A stretch of 64,000 nt of DNA from Macrostomum lignano. Lineage: Eukaryota. The notes under the pieces were generated by a model. That model searched no databases, was not told where the DNA came from, and saw only the letters and a list, made by a program, of their open reading frames with translations. Numbering within the stretch: the first letter of the stretch is position 1; every line of letters begins with the position of its first letter. Both the position numbers and the translations under genes were made by a program. This document shows positions 36,745 through 48,626 of the stretch, one piece after another. The stretch is taken from NCBI GenBank assembly GCA_002269645.1, contig NIVC01001353.1, positions 1 through 64,000 on the forward strand. Reading direction: 5' to 3'.

Positions 36745-37830
36745 ACAGTTAGCAGCCCCAGTTAGCAGCCCCAGCTAGCAGCCCCAGCTAGCAGCCCCAG
36801 CTAGCAGCCCCAGCTAGCAACCCCAGCTATCAGTCCACAGCTAGCAGCCCCAGCCAGCAGCCCCAGCTAGCAGCCCCAGCTAGCAACCCCAGCTAGCAGC
36901 CCCAGCTAGCAGCCCCAGCCAGCAGCCACCAGCCAGCAACCCCAGCTAGCAGCCCCAGCCAGCAGCCACCAGCCAGCAACCCCAGCTAGCAGCCCCTAGC
37001 TAGCAACCCCAGCTAGCAACCCCAGCTAGCAGCCCCTAACTAGCAGCCCCAGCTAGCAACCCCAGCTAGCAGCCCCAGCTAGCAGCCCCTAACTAGCAGC
37101 CCCAGCTAGCAACCCCAGCTAGCAACCCCAGCTAGCAGCCCCAGCTAGCAGCCCCAGCTAGCAGCCCCAGCTAGCAACCCCCAGCTATCAGTCCACAGCT
37201 AGCAGCCCCAGCCAGCAGCCCCAGCTAGCAGCCCCAGCTAGCAACCCCCAGCTAGCAGCCCCAGCTAGCAGCCCCAGCCAGCAGCCACCAGCCAGCAACC
37301 CCAGCTAGCAGCCCCTAGCTAGCAACCCCAGCTAGCAGCCCCAGCTAGCAGCCCCAGCTAGCAACCCCAGCTAGCAACCCCAGCTAGCAGCCCCAGCTAG
37401 CAACCCCAGCTAGCAACCCCAGCTAGCAGCCCCAGCTAGCAGCGCCCAGCTAGCAACCCCAGCTAGCAGCCCCAGCTAGCAGCGCCCAGCTAGCAACCCC
37501 AGCTAGCAGCCCCAGCTAGCAGCGCCCAGCTAGCAACCCCAGCTAGCAGCCCCAGCTAGCAATCCCAGCTAGCAACCCCAGCTAGCAGCACCCAGCTAGC
37601 AGCGCCCAGCTAGCAACCCCAGCTAGCAGCCCCAGCTAGCAGCGCCCAGCTAGCAACCCCAGCTAGCAGCCCCAGCTAGCAATCCCAGCTAGCAACCCCA
37701 GCTAGCAGCCCCAGCTAGCAATCCCAGCTAGCAGCCCCAGCTAGCAACCCCAGCTAGCAGCCCCAGCTAGCAGTCCACAGCTAGCAGCCCCAGCTAGCAG
37801 CCCCCAGCCAGCAACCCGAACTAGCAGCCC
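36745..37830. repeat. 12-nt repeat (cagccccagcta), ~85-90 copies, intergenic
   Basis: Visible. Confidence 0.96.
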
Positions 37831-38569
37831 CCAGCTAAAAATACCCAAAATAACTGTACACACAAAAGTGAAATAAAGCGGACAAGTTACAGGGTAGAAC
37901 CAAGCTGTCAATAACGAACAGCGAACAGGAGCAAAACTATCAACATACACTCGTACATCTTTTTTTATTAGCAATAATAGAAAAAATAAGTTCTGAATCA
38001 AAAAGTAATTAGAAAATACAAGTACCAGTGTACAAAATTCGACTGATCAGAAGGTCTAGAAATCTATTTTTTTGACTAAACAAATAAAATAATGCTGCTA
38101 AAACAGAACGGGATCAGCTTGGAGACAAAATCTTCTCAGTTTTGTTATCTATCCAGTTTATTAGACTACAGAAAGCAAGCAGGGAACAATAGCGGATGAA
38201 GTGTGCAAAAATTAAAATAATTATGAAACAAAATGACGCAGCCGGGGGTTACAGCTGCATTGCAATTGTAGTTGTCAAGCAAGGCTGCCTGATGCCGAAG
38301 TATCTGGACTCGGACTCTATTGCGGAGAGACTAAAAGCTACGAGTAATAATCACATGTTGAGCCTAAGAGCAGACAGTGCAGGGTTGGAAGACGGCAAAA
38401 ATTGTCTGCAGCGCTAAGAATCTACACATGCTAATGTAGCTACTTGTAGTACGCTAAGAGCTAGCCAAATTTATCTGTACATCTTCTAGGCAGGTGATGC
38501 CACTGTAGCGGTAGGAGACAGCAGACTTTTATACGAGCTATCTCGAAGGTTGGGTAGGAAATCCAGGGT

Positions 38570-38790
38570 GAGAGGAGAGAGGAGAGGGGAGAGAGGAGAG
38601 AAGACAGGGAGGGAGGAGAGAGGAGAGGGGAGAGAGGAGAGAGGAGAGGGAGAGAAGAGAGAGGAGAGGGAAAAGAGGAGAGAGGAGAGGGGAGGAGAGA
38701 AAAGATGCGAATAGAGATGGGGTAGGAGATGAAGGGAGCGAAAGGATGAGAGAGAAAAAGAGAGGGGAGAGGAGATGCGAGAAGAGACAT
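38570..38790. repeat. GA-rich low-complexity tract
   Basis: Visible (gagaggagaggg). Confidence 0.85.
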
Positions 38791-39004
38791 AAGCCTTTAG
38801 CGGTCCGGATTGCTCTTGTGAAGTTTAAAAGGACCCGATGGTCAGATAGAGAGGCTTTGCGAGCCGGAGTTTGCTGACCCCTGGTGCAGCGAATAATTGA
38901 TGGGTGCAAATTTACGTGTACGGTTCGAAAATTTCGAAACCTGCGCTTGCCAGTGGCACAAAAAGTCTGTCAGCTAAACAAAGAGTTGAGAGACAGCACA
39001 GAAT

Positions 39005-39268
39005 CGGGATGGTGGACACACCAATAGGATCGGGAGTTGATAATGGACACATCAATAGGATCGGGAGTTGATAACAGACACACCAATAGGATCGGGAGTT
39101 GATAACAGACACACCAATAGGATCGGGAGTTGATAACAGACACACCAATAGGATCGGGAGTTGATAACAGACACACCAATAGGATCGGGAGTTAATAACG
39201 GACACACCAATAGGATCGGGAGTTGATAACGGACACACCAATAGGATCGGGAGTTGATAACAGACACA
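39005..39268. repeat. 31-nt repeat x~8 (acacaccaataggatcgggagttgataacag) just 3' of the PHKG stop
   Basis: Visible. Confidence 0.93.
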
Positions 39269-39340
39269 TCACAGAATCCAAATCATGCAGTCGTGAATTG
39301 GGATCATCAAAGGGATTTGAGCTCTCAGTCTATGCAAGCA

Positions 39341-42300
39341 TCAGCCGCTGTCCTGAGCAGCCAGATCCATTTTCGGCGAGTTTTCAAACAGCGCGGCCCG
39401 GTTCTGGTCCTCGGCCTTCTTCACCCAGTGGCTGTAGACCAGGAAGGCCGTGTTGTCAATGAGGCGGCGCATGTTGCGGATGGTGTACGGATCCGCGCGA
39501 AGGCGGCGCAGCTCCAGCCGGGCTGGCATGGCGTAGGCCCGGTGCAGCCGGCAGAGGCAGCGGACGGCCAGGATGGCCGAGCGGAACCGGGTGCGCCTGT
39601 CGAAGGTGACGCAGGGCAGCTCCTGCCGGGGTGAGAGATGGTGGCGGCTGAGCGGTGCAGCGCGGATGGCACAGCAACTGAGAATTTGGGAGGCCCGGCA
39701 GCTGAGGATCTGGTAGGGTCAGAAGCTGAGGATCTGGGAGGTCAGGCAACTGAGAATCTGGAAGGCTGGCCCAGTAACTGAGGATCTGGGAGGCTGGCCC
39801 AGCAACTGAGGATCTGGGAGGCTGGCCCAGGAACTGAGGCTCTGGGAGGCTGGCCCAGCAACTGAGGATCTGGGAGGCTGGCCCAGGAACTGAGGCTCTG
39901 GGAGGCTGGCCCAGCAACTGAGGATCTGGGAGGCTGGCCCAGCAACTGAGGATCTGGGAGGCTGGCCCAGCAACTGAGGCTCTGGGAGGCTGGCCCAGCA
40001 ACTGAGGATCTGGGAGGCTGGCCCAGAAACTGAGGATCTGGGAGGCTGGCAGAGCAACTGAGGCTCTGGGAAGGCAGCAGCTCAATCAGTCAATCAGGGG
40101 ATCCGGGAAGAGCTGACCGAACAGTCAGTGAAATCCTCACCTGCTTAGCGAAGAAAGGATGCGCCAGCGCCTGCACGGAGGTGAGCCGCTGGCCGGGGTC
40201 CACCCTGAGCAGGCTGGCGATGAGGCTCTTGGCGGCCTCGGAAACCTCCTCCCACTCGGGCGTGTCGAGGCTGAAGCGGCCCTCCATGATCATCCGCAGC
40301 ATGGTCATCTGGCGGCGGTGCCAGAAGGGCGGGGAGCCCACCAGCAGGGTGTACATGAGCACCCCGCTGGCCCACATGTCCACCGGGCGGCCGTAGCCGC
40401 GGATGCTGCGGGATTCGTACATGTTCACCACCAGGATCTCCGGGCTGAGGTAGCTGGGCGTGCCGCACAGGTCAGTCAGACAGTCGTCGGTTTCAACTTC
40501 GGTGGCGAAGCCGAAGTCGGTCAGCTTGACGCTCATTTCAGCGTCCAGCAGGATGTTCTCGGCCTTGATGTCGCGGTGTACAATCTGCCGACTGTGCAGA
40601 AACTCCAAAGCGTCCAGCAGTTGCCGCATCACCCCGCGGGTTCGCTTCTCGGACATTCGGACTACCTTGTTCAGATGCTCGAATAGTTCGCCGTGGGGGC
40701 AGCTGCGTGAGAGATGGGGGGACTGATGGGGTGCAAGTGCCTGAGGACTGGTGTGGCTACCTGAGGATCGGTGTGGCTACCTGAGGATTGGTGTGGCTAC
40801 CTGGAGATCGGTGTGGCTACCTGAGGATCGGTGTGGCTACCTGTGAATTGGTGTGGCTGCCTGAGGATTGGTGTGGCTACCTGAGGATCGGTGTGGCTAC
40901 CTGTGAATTGGTGTGGCTACCTGAGGATTGGTGTGGCTACCTGAGGATCGGTGTGGCTACCTGAGGATTGGTGTGGCTACCTGAGGATTGGTGTGGCTAC
41001 CTGAGGATTTGTGTGGCTACCTGAGGATTTGTGTGGCTACCTGAAGATCGGTGTGGCTACCTGAGGATCGGTGTGGCTACCTGAAGATTGGTGTGGCTAC
41101 CTGAGGATTGGTGTGGCTACCTGAGGATTGGTGTGGCTGCCTGAGGATTGGTGTGGCTACCTGAGGATTGGTGTGGCTACCTGAGGATTGGTGTGGCTAC
41201 CTGAGGATTGGTGTGGCTACCTGAGGATTGGTGTGGATACCTGTGAATTGGTGTGGCTACCTGTGAATTGGTGTGGCTACCTGAGGATTGGTGTGGATAC
41301 CTGAGGGTGGGTGTGGATACCTGAAGATTGGTGTGGCTACCTGAGGATTGGTGTGGATACCTGAGGGTTGGTGTGGATACCTGTGGATTGGTGTGGCTAC
41401 CTGAGGATTGGTGTGGCTACCTGTGGATTGGTGTGGCTATCTGAGGATTGGTGTGGATACCTGAGGATTGGTGTGGCTACCTGAGGATCGGTGTGGCTAC
41501 CTGTGAATTGGTGTGGCTGCCTGAGGATTGGTGTGGCTACCTGAGGATCGGTGTGGCTACCTGTGAATTGGTGTGGCTACCTGAGGATTGGTGTGGCTAC
41601 CTGAGGATCGGTGTGGCTACCTGAGGATTGGTGTGGCTACCTGAGGATTGGTGTGGCTACCTGAGGATTTGTGTGGCTACCTGAGGATTTGTGTGGCTAC
41701 CTGAAGATCGGTGTGGCTACCTGAGGATCGGTGTGGCTACCTGAAGATTGGTGTGGCTACCTGAGGATTGGTGTGGCTACCTGAGGATTGGTGTGGCTAC
41801 CTGAGGATTGGTGTGGCTACCTGAGGATTGGTGTGGCTACCTGAGGATTGGTGTGGCTACCTGAGGATTGGTGTGGCTACCTGAGGATTGGTGTGGATAC
41901 CTGTGAATTGGTGTGGCTACCTGTGAATTGGTGTGGCTACCTGAGGATTGGTGTGGATACCTGAGGGTGGGTGTGGATACCTGAAGATTGGTGTGGCTAC
42001 CTGAGGATTGGTGTGGCTACCTGAGGATCGGTGTGGCTACCTGAGGATTGGTGTGGCTACATGAGGATTGGTGTGGCTACCTGAGGATCGGTGTGGCTAC
42101 CTGTGAATTGGTGTGGCTACCTGAGGATTGGTGTGGATACCTGTGAATTGGTGTGGCTACCTGAGGATTGGTGTGGCTACCTGAGGATTGGTGTGGCTAC
42201 CTGAGGATTGGTGTGGCTACCTGAGGATTGGTGTGGCTACCTGAGGATTGGTGATCGAACAGCCTGTGCGTGCCGACTCACATTTCAAACACAAAGAAGA

Positions 42301-42699
42301 TGTAGGCCTCGGTCTCGAAGTGGTCGTGCAGCAGGATGATGTTGGGGTGGCCCTGCACCAGCCGCAGGATCCGCAGCTCCTTGAGGGCGTCCTGCCTGGC
42401 GTCCTCGCTGTTCGTGTCGAGATTGTTGAGGTCGATGACCTTCACGGCGAACTCGGTCTTGCTGGACTTTTCAACGCATCTGCGGACAACGCTGCTGAGA
42501 CCTCTGAAGAAGATTTTCGGGGTTATTTGAGGTCAAGGACGAGTACAGAGACAAAATACTCACATGTAGATTATTGTTGCAAAAATATATCTAAATAAAA
42601 AACTCACCGACCAAGAATCTCCTTGGGCTCATACTTGCTATGAAACTGATTGCAATATTCGTTGTTCTCTTCTGATGGAATGCTATTGGCAATTGTCAT
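39341..42699 (-). CDS. PHKG: Phosphorylase kinase catalytic gamma subunit, 385 aa. Exons 42699-42608, 42503-42282, 40702-40141, 39622-39341
   Basis: KYEPKEILGRGLSSVVRRCV..FAVKVI..GHPNII..GELFEHL..HRDIKAENILL..DFGF..CGTPSYLSPE..GSPPFWHRRQMTMLRMIMEG..DPYTIRNMRRLIDNTAFLVYSHWVKKAEDQNRAALFEN is diagnostic of PHKG1/2. Splice phases are consistent. Confidence 0.96.
39690..40075. repeat. 28-nt minisatellite (caactgaggatctgggaggctggcccag), PHKG intron 3
   Basis: Visible. Confidence 0.93.
40740..42252. repeat. 20-nt minisatellite (ctgaggattggtgtggctac), ~75 copies, with a 660-nt higher-order duplication, PHKG intron 2
   Basis: The variant pattern at ~40821-41340 recurs at ~41481-42000, e.g. the lines starting 40981/41641 and 41281/41941. 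Confidence 0.97.
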
Positions 42700-44314
42700 G
42701 GTGCTGGAATTGAGCAAACAAGTGCATTGCTGAAATCAAAGGTAATAATTGTATTTAAAGGCGCAGTAATATTACTTGCCAAAATAAATAAAACATCATC
42801 TTTATTAAATATTTAAAGGTTTGAGCTCAAATATATTAATCCTAGTAAATCAACCAGCATTTTATCATGTCATCTAGAAAGTTTTTGTGCTTTTTTATAA
42901 ACTATGATTGGTCAGAGCAAAAAGCTTATAAAATATATGTAATATTTATTCAGAAAATTGTCCTCCCTAGCTGCAACAACAGTTTTGCCAATGAGTTATA
43001 GGCCTAAGCCACTCCAAACCAGATCTGTAAAACTGACCATTCTTGGATGAAAAATCAATTGAATCTTTTTTAACTCAACTATATTTGAGAAATCTTTGAT
43101 AGTCAAAAAGTTGGTTAAGTTTAAAAATTATAAATAATTGGAATGAGAATTTTTTAGGCTATAATTTAGAGACGGTAACATATCCCAACCTAGCTAAATT
43201 AGTTGTTGAACTGCTATGTTTAAATTGTTAAAATAACTCACAGATATAGATATCAACTTTTGATGGGTACCAAAAACCTTTTTTGGTGACAGAGAACCTT
43301 TTTGCTACGGACCATATTTGAGGCTAGTACTAAAGGTACTTTTTGCTTTTGGGAGATCAACATGGCTCACTAAATGTCTTAGAAATATTTCATCACCATG
43401 CCACATGTCTGCTAGTTTTTAACATACTCTATTAGTAATAGGGTCATAAAATGTGCTTAAAAATTAAATAGCTATAGTATAGGCATAACAAAATTATAAG
43501 CTATATTTTTATGCATATAAATTTTAATGAAATGACAATAACACAAAAATATGCCACATGTGCCACATATGCCACAAAATGCCATATGCCACATATGCCA
43601 CATATGCCACAATATGCCACAAAAATATGTTGGCAAAAATAATTGGTAATTATTTCATATTTTTAATTTAAATTGTAGAGCAAAATCCTTGGCTGGATTT
43701 TGACTTAAATCATCAAAGGGCTAATTTTCTTCTCAGAATAGAATCTCCTTTTTAGTTCTAAAACTAAAGTATTTTATGACTATTTATAATGTTTATTTAC
43801 AATCAGAAAAAATGGAATAGGCATTGGAATTTTAAATGCTAAAATCTATTACAATTACAACATTATTGTGAAATGATATATTATTTCTTTGTTAGTCAAA
43901 ATAATAGGCATATACATACTAATATTAATATTAGAAAGCATACAATTAATTTTATTTTTGTATCACAGAAAAAATAATCAATTTGTTCAATCAATTTTAT
44001 CTAACGCCCACCACATTAAGATCAATGTCCGGCTAGTCGGTGACCAGTTTAGTTCGCTTTCCAAGAAACAGGTAATATTGGACATTTCGAATTTCTGCAC
44101 TTGACATTTTCGCGAGCTCTGTTCCTTCTCGCGCATCCAATAGACTGTTGGGTAAATTTTTTATTTTTTATTAAAAGGTATTCAATCTCATACTTTCTAA
44201 CATTTTTGTCTCTGCCTATCAAATTGAACTGTTGCTACTTGTTTAATTGTTTGCAAGCAACAACACGCATATTTAACGTGCTAGAGCTCTATAATATTTT
44301 TCCTGACTACTTAA

Positions 44315-44582
44315 CTAACTACTGAATTCATTATTCACCGGCACTTGAATTGAACAAAATACAGGTTTTCAGCTCTCTGGAAGGATTTATTGGGTTCACC
44401 GCCGGTTTCACCCCCCAAAAAATAACAAAAATCGCCCTCCTGATATCCAGGGGCAACGCGCAGAGCCAAAAATCTAGGCGCATCTCTAGTTTTACTTGCG
44501 CTATCGATTATATATATTTTTAAGCCTTAAAAATAAAGTTAAAAATCCGGTGAACCCAAGTGCCGGTGAATTCAGTAGTTAG
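44315..44582. mobile_element. MITE-like element, 268 bp, with terminal inverted repeats and an 11-bp direct repeat flank (Mutator-like TSD)
   Basis: The right end reverse-complements to ctaactactgaattcaccggcacttgggttcaccgg. The left end has the same sequence with two insertions. TGACTACTTAA flanks both sides (44304-44314 and 44583-44593). Confidence 0.7.
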
Positions 44583-45407
44583 TGACTACTTAAGTCACTT
44601 ACTACCTTAAACTTATGCCACCCAGAAAATTATAATTTATTATTAGTAAAGTCGAGTAGACAAAATAGCTATCCAGTACTATGTTTTCTGTTCTCTTAAG
44701 TCAACCCAGAAGGCAGGATTAAAATTATTTGCGCTCTTCAATGTTGTTAAGGTACTGGCTGGTTATATACTTCGAGGGTATATAACTGGCTGGTTTATGG
44801 TCACTGTTTTGTTTCTGTTATACTTATATATTTTTTATATTTAAACAACTTCTCTCAACACCAATCTAGTTCTAGACTGACTAGGATCTATTTTAAGCAT
44901 ACTAACATACTAGCATTATATGAAATATCTATTTAAATTTAAATAACCAAAAAAGCAGAATGAAGCAAACAAGCCAATGACAATACAGTATATTTCAATA
45001 CCTGTGTGATAGATTTGCACTATGCCTAGTAAGCAAATTCAAATCGTTTAGTATATAAAAAATCAGTTTAACTACTAAATATATAATACCATTGGTATCA
45101 TTGTCTTAATTGTATATCAATGAATGTTATTTTGTCATAAAAAACTAATCTTGTTCTGCTTTTAAAGTCCTAAACAAAAAAAATTAAGTTGGGATATGCA
45201 ATATATAAAATTTCATTAGTTTAAATTTTTTACCACTCTATCTGCCACACTACCCTTAAAATCCTAGATTTGATACTACCTAAAAGACTTTAATATATAT
45301 CTTAATATTGATTTTAGCATATCCTTTATAAAACTAGAAAGTAATATATCAATGATCATTACATTGAATTTCTGGTATTGAAATCCTAGACTACAAGCTT
45401 AGGCATC

Positions 45408-46832
45408 ATGGCACTAGACAAGCTGCTAGTGATCTCGCTAGTGCTATTTAGCTTAGCAGAAGTATTTGTACTAGTCAGTCTGGCTATGCCCAACTGGTTG
45501 GTATCTAGCCTCAATGGGGAGCTGCGCATTGGCCTGCTCTCAGCCTGCCTGACATTGCAAGGCAACTCAGATGAGGTGGGTTTCTATTTCTTATGGCATT
45601 TCATTGAATTTCATTATATCCTAACTTATCTATATTAAATGTTGTAGCATTTCATGATACTCCTTCCTTTGATAATGATATCACACTTTGAGATCACATT
45701 ATCTTTGTCATTTGATGCATCATTGAATGTCATATCCTCTAGTGTTATATTCTATAATGTCACATCCTCTAGTGTTACATTCTCTAATGTCCCATCCTCT
45801 AGTGTTACATCCTCGAATGTCACATCCTCTAATGTCATATCCTTTAGTGTCACATCCTCTAATCTCATATCCTTTAGTGTCACACCCTCTAATGTCATAT
45901 CCTTTAGTGTCACATCCTCTAATGTCATATCCTTTAGTGTCACACCCTCTAATGTCATATCCTTTAGTGTCACACCCTCTAATGTCATATCCTTTAGTAT
46001 CACATCCTCTAATGTCATATCCTTTAGTGTCACACCCTCTAATGTCATATCCTTTAGTATCACATCCTCTAATGTCATATCCTTTAGTGTCACACCCTCT
46101 AATGTCATATCCTTTAGTGTCACATCCTCTAATGTAATATCCTTTAGTATCACATCCTCTAATGTCATATCCTTTAGTGTCACATCCTCTAATGTCATAT
46201 CATTTAGTATCACATCCTCTAATGTCACATCCTCTAGTATCACATCCTCTAATGTCACATCCTCTAATGTCACATCCTCTAGTATCACATCCTCTAATGT
46301 CACATCCTCTAATGTCACATTCTCTAGTATCACATCCTCTAATGTCATATCCGTGAATGTTACATCCTCTAGTGTCACATCCTCTAATGTCACATCCTGT
46401 AGTGTCACATCCTCTAGTGTCACATCCTCTAGTGTCATCCTCGAAGGTCACCTCCACTAATGCCTCATCCTTGACTGCCCAAAGGTGTGCTTCTCCCACC
46501 AGCCGACCAACACCGCCTGGCTGCTGGTGTTCGCCCTGGTGGTCATTGGCGTTGTCGGCCTGCTCGGCACTGTCGGGCTGCTGGCCGCCTCCCATCGCAA
46601 GGCCTCCATGGCGGATCCGGCCCGCTGGCTGGGCTTCGCCACCATGCTGGTGCTGTCGGTGGCCGCCGTGGTCTTTCCGCTCGGCTTCTCCAGCGAGCAA
46701 GTTGGCGGCGAGCTGTACAACCTGCCGCTGATGTACCAGGTGGGCGTCTCCTACGTGTTCTTCTTCGTGGCGCTGTGGATGACGGTGCTGGCCGAGCTGT
46801 TTATGGGCAAGGGCTGCATCCCCCGCTTCTAG
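45408..46832 (+). CDS. MOSMO: Modulator of Smoothened (claudin-like tetraspan), 171 aa. Exons 45408-45575, 46485-46832
   Basis: MALDKLLVISLVLFSLAEVFVLVSLAMPNW..IGLLSAC..|VC..GLLAASH..ARWLGFATM..AAVVFPLGF..VGGELYNLP..VGVSYVFF..LFMGKGCIP matches recalled MOSMO/C16orf52 (MDKLTII..NPDW..GLLVASH..ARWIAFTGM..AALIFPIGF..VGGQPYKLP..LFAGKVCLP). The intron is phase 0. Confidence 0.93.
45725..46440. repeat. 15/30-nt minisatellite (cctctaatgtcatatcctttagtgtcacat), MOSMO intron
   Basis: Visible. Confidence 0.95.
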
Positions 46833-46962
46833 TCTGACCCGACCCGACGTTCCTATCAGATGACGAGGCACTAAATAATCTTAAAAGCCACTATAGTTAC
46901 TCCGGCCGTTTACCCTTCCGGCTACCGTTCAACTTTACTAGTCACTCCCTTAGTTGTCCGTT

Positions 46963-47280
46963 GCTATGGTTAAACTATCAGTTGCTAGGATTAAACTATC
47001 CGTTGCTAATGGGTTAAACTATCCGTTGCTAGGATTAAACTATCCGTTGCTATGGTTAAACTATCCGTTGCTATGGTTAAACTATCAGTTGCTAGGATTA
47101 AACTATCCGTTGCTAATGGGTTAAACTATCCGTTGCTAGGATTAAACTATCCGTTGCTATGGTTAAACTATCCGTTGCTATGGTTAAACTATCAGTTGCT
47201 AGGATTAAACTATCCGTTGATAAAGTTAAACTATCAGTTGCTAAGGTTAACTATCCGTTGCTAAGGTTGAACTATCCAAT
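46963..47280. repeat. 21-22-nt repeat (ccgttgctatggttaaactat) 3' of MOSMO
   Basis: Visible, ~14 units. Confidence 0.92.
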
Positions 47281-48626
47281 TGCTAAAGTTTAAAATGTCA
47301 ATCTCACTCTGTTGCTATGCGGTTGCTACGCGAGCTGTCTTGTGTGTTGCCTACTCCATTTTCACTCGTTTGATTTGCTAATATTTGTTGCAATTCGCAG
47401 CGAAGCAAATTCTCGAATGCCGGAGCCTCACAGGTCTTTCTGATCCACGATGGGTTTCATTTGCTTGTAATTTTGTAAGACGTTAATTAGTTTATGTACT
47501 TTTGTGCGAATCTGGATGATGAATTTCAGACAGCCTAGCAGAGGATGGTCTCTGCATTTTATCATCAAATTTTTTTGTACTATTCATCTGTCTACGCTGT
47601 AAAAATATAACAGAGAACAGAACAATTCAAGTTCCGCTTTGCACTTTGACGTCACAAAAATGGTAAATTATGATTCTAAGAAACAGTTCGCTCAGGCCTG
47701 CCATTAAAGTTCATTTCGTGGCGTGTTATATGACCAACTCACGCCAATTGCTATTGCTATTGCTATTGAAGGAAATATTGAATTTCCTTCAATAGCAATT
47801 GGTTTTGCATTGCATTTTAAAAATTTATGCGCTCCACGCCTACTGTGAGTAGAAATGCAAGGAAAATCGATTGAAATTCAAAGGGAGACAATAGACTGCT
47901 TGGCACAATGTTTTACTACATAATTTGCCAGAATCTCAACTGGAATTTGTTAAGTAAATGAATTTACAACTTAATTAGCTTAATTAAGTGATTGGCTGGA
48001 AGATCAGGTACGAGTTCTCACTATTCATGCGTCGGGGGGGGGGGGCGACCCCTTCTGAGTGGTCGGTGCTGGAGTTAATAAAATTTACTCAATCCTATGT
48101 GGACACGAAATTCGGCCAAAGCATTCCAGCTCTTGGGCTTGACAACCACATTTGGTGAACTTTTAAGGTGGATCAGGTGCCTTTTTAATTGCTTAATTGC
48201 TCAGACAGCCTGTGGCCTGGGTGGGGCAATTAATTCAATAAAGTGATGCGCGGGTCTGCGGGCAAATAAGCCCACAGAGATTTTGTTATTTATCTAAGCT
48301 GGCCCTGGCAGAGAAAGAGACGGCAGAGAGATCTGTCTGCTCCTACGCTCGAGAAGAAGTTGGCTGACAGAGTGTGAGAATCTGTGCCAAGTCTCATAGC
48401 CATCATAAAAGAAGGCAAAAGACAAGACAGCACTCAGTCGGTTGCTGTGCGATCATCAAGTCTGACAGAAACAGAAGCAAAAGAGCAGCAATTGGACAAT
48501 GGGGCGCCCGGCCCCTCCGATCTTTACAATGCCGCGTGCGCACTAAAATATCTCAGACAGAAAGAAGCAGACAGCTGCAACAGCACCAAGAGAAAGTGAG
48601 TCACCCAGGTGCTCTCCCAGGACTTT

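Noticed and set aside
40740-42252. Recursive-splicing AG|GT points in each unit (CCTCAG|GTAGCC on the PHKG strand)
   Set aside because: The regenerated donor GTAGCC is weak, there is no polypyrimidine tract, and a 1.6-kb intron does not need recursive splicing.
45654-46460. Ser-rich and acidic (LEDVT)n ORFs
   Set aside because: They come from the MOSMO intronic 15/30-nt repeat.
48374-48620. Upstream ORFs 48374 and 48384 as the first coding exon of the unnamed gene
   Set aside because: The donor at 48596 and acceptor at 48620 would define a 25-nt intron, and the composition is not coding-like. Treated as leader sequence.
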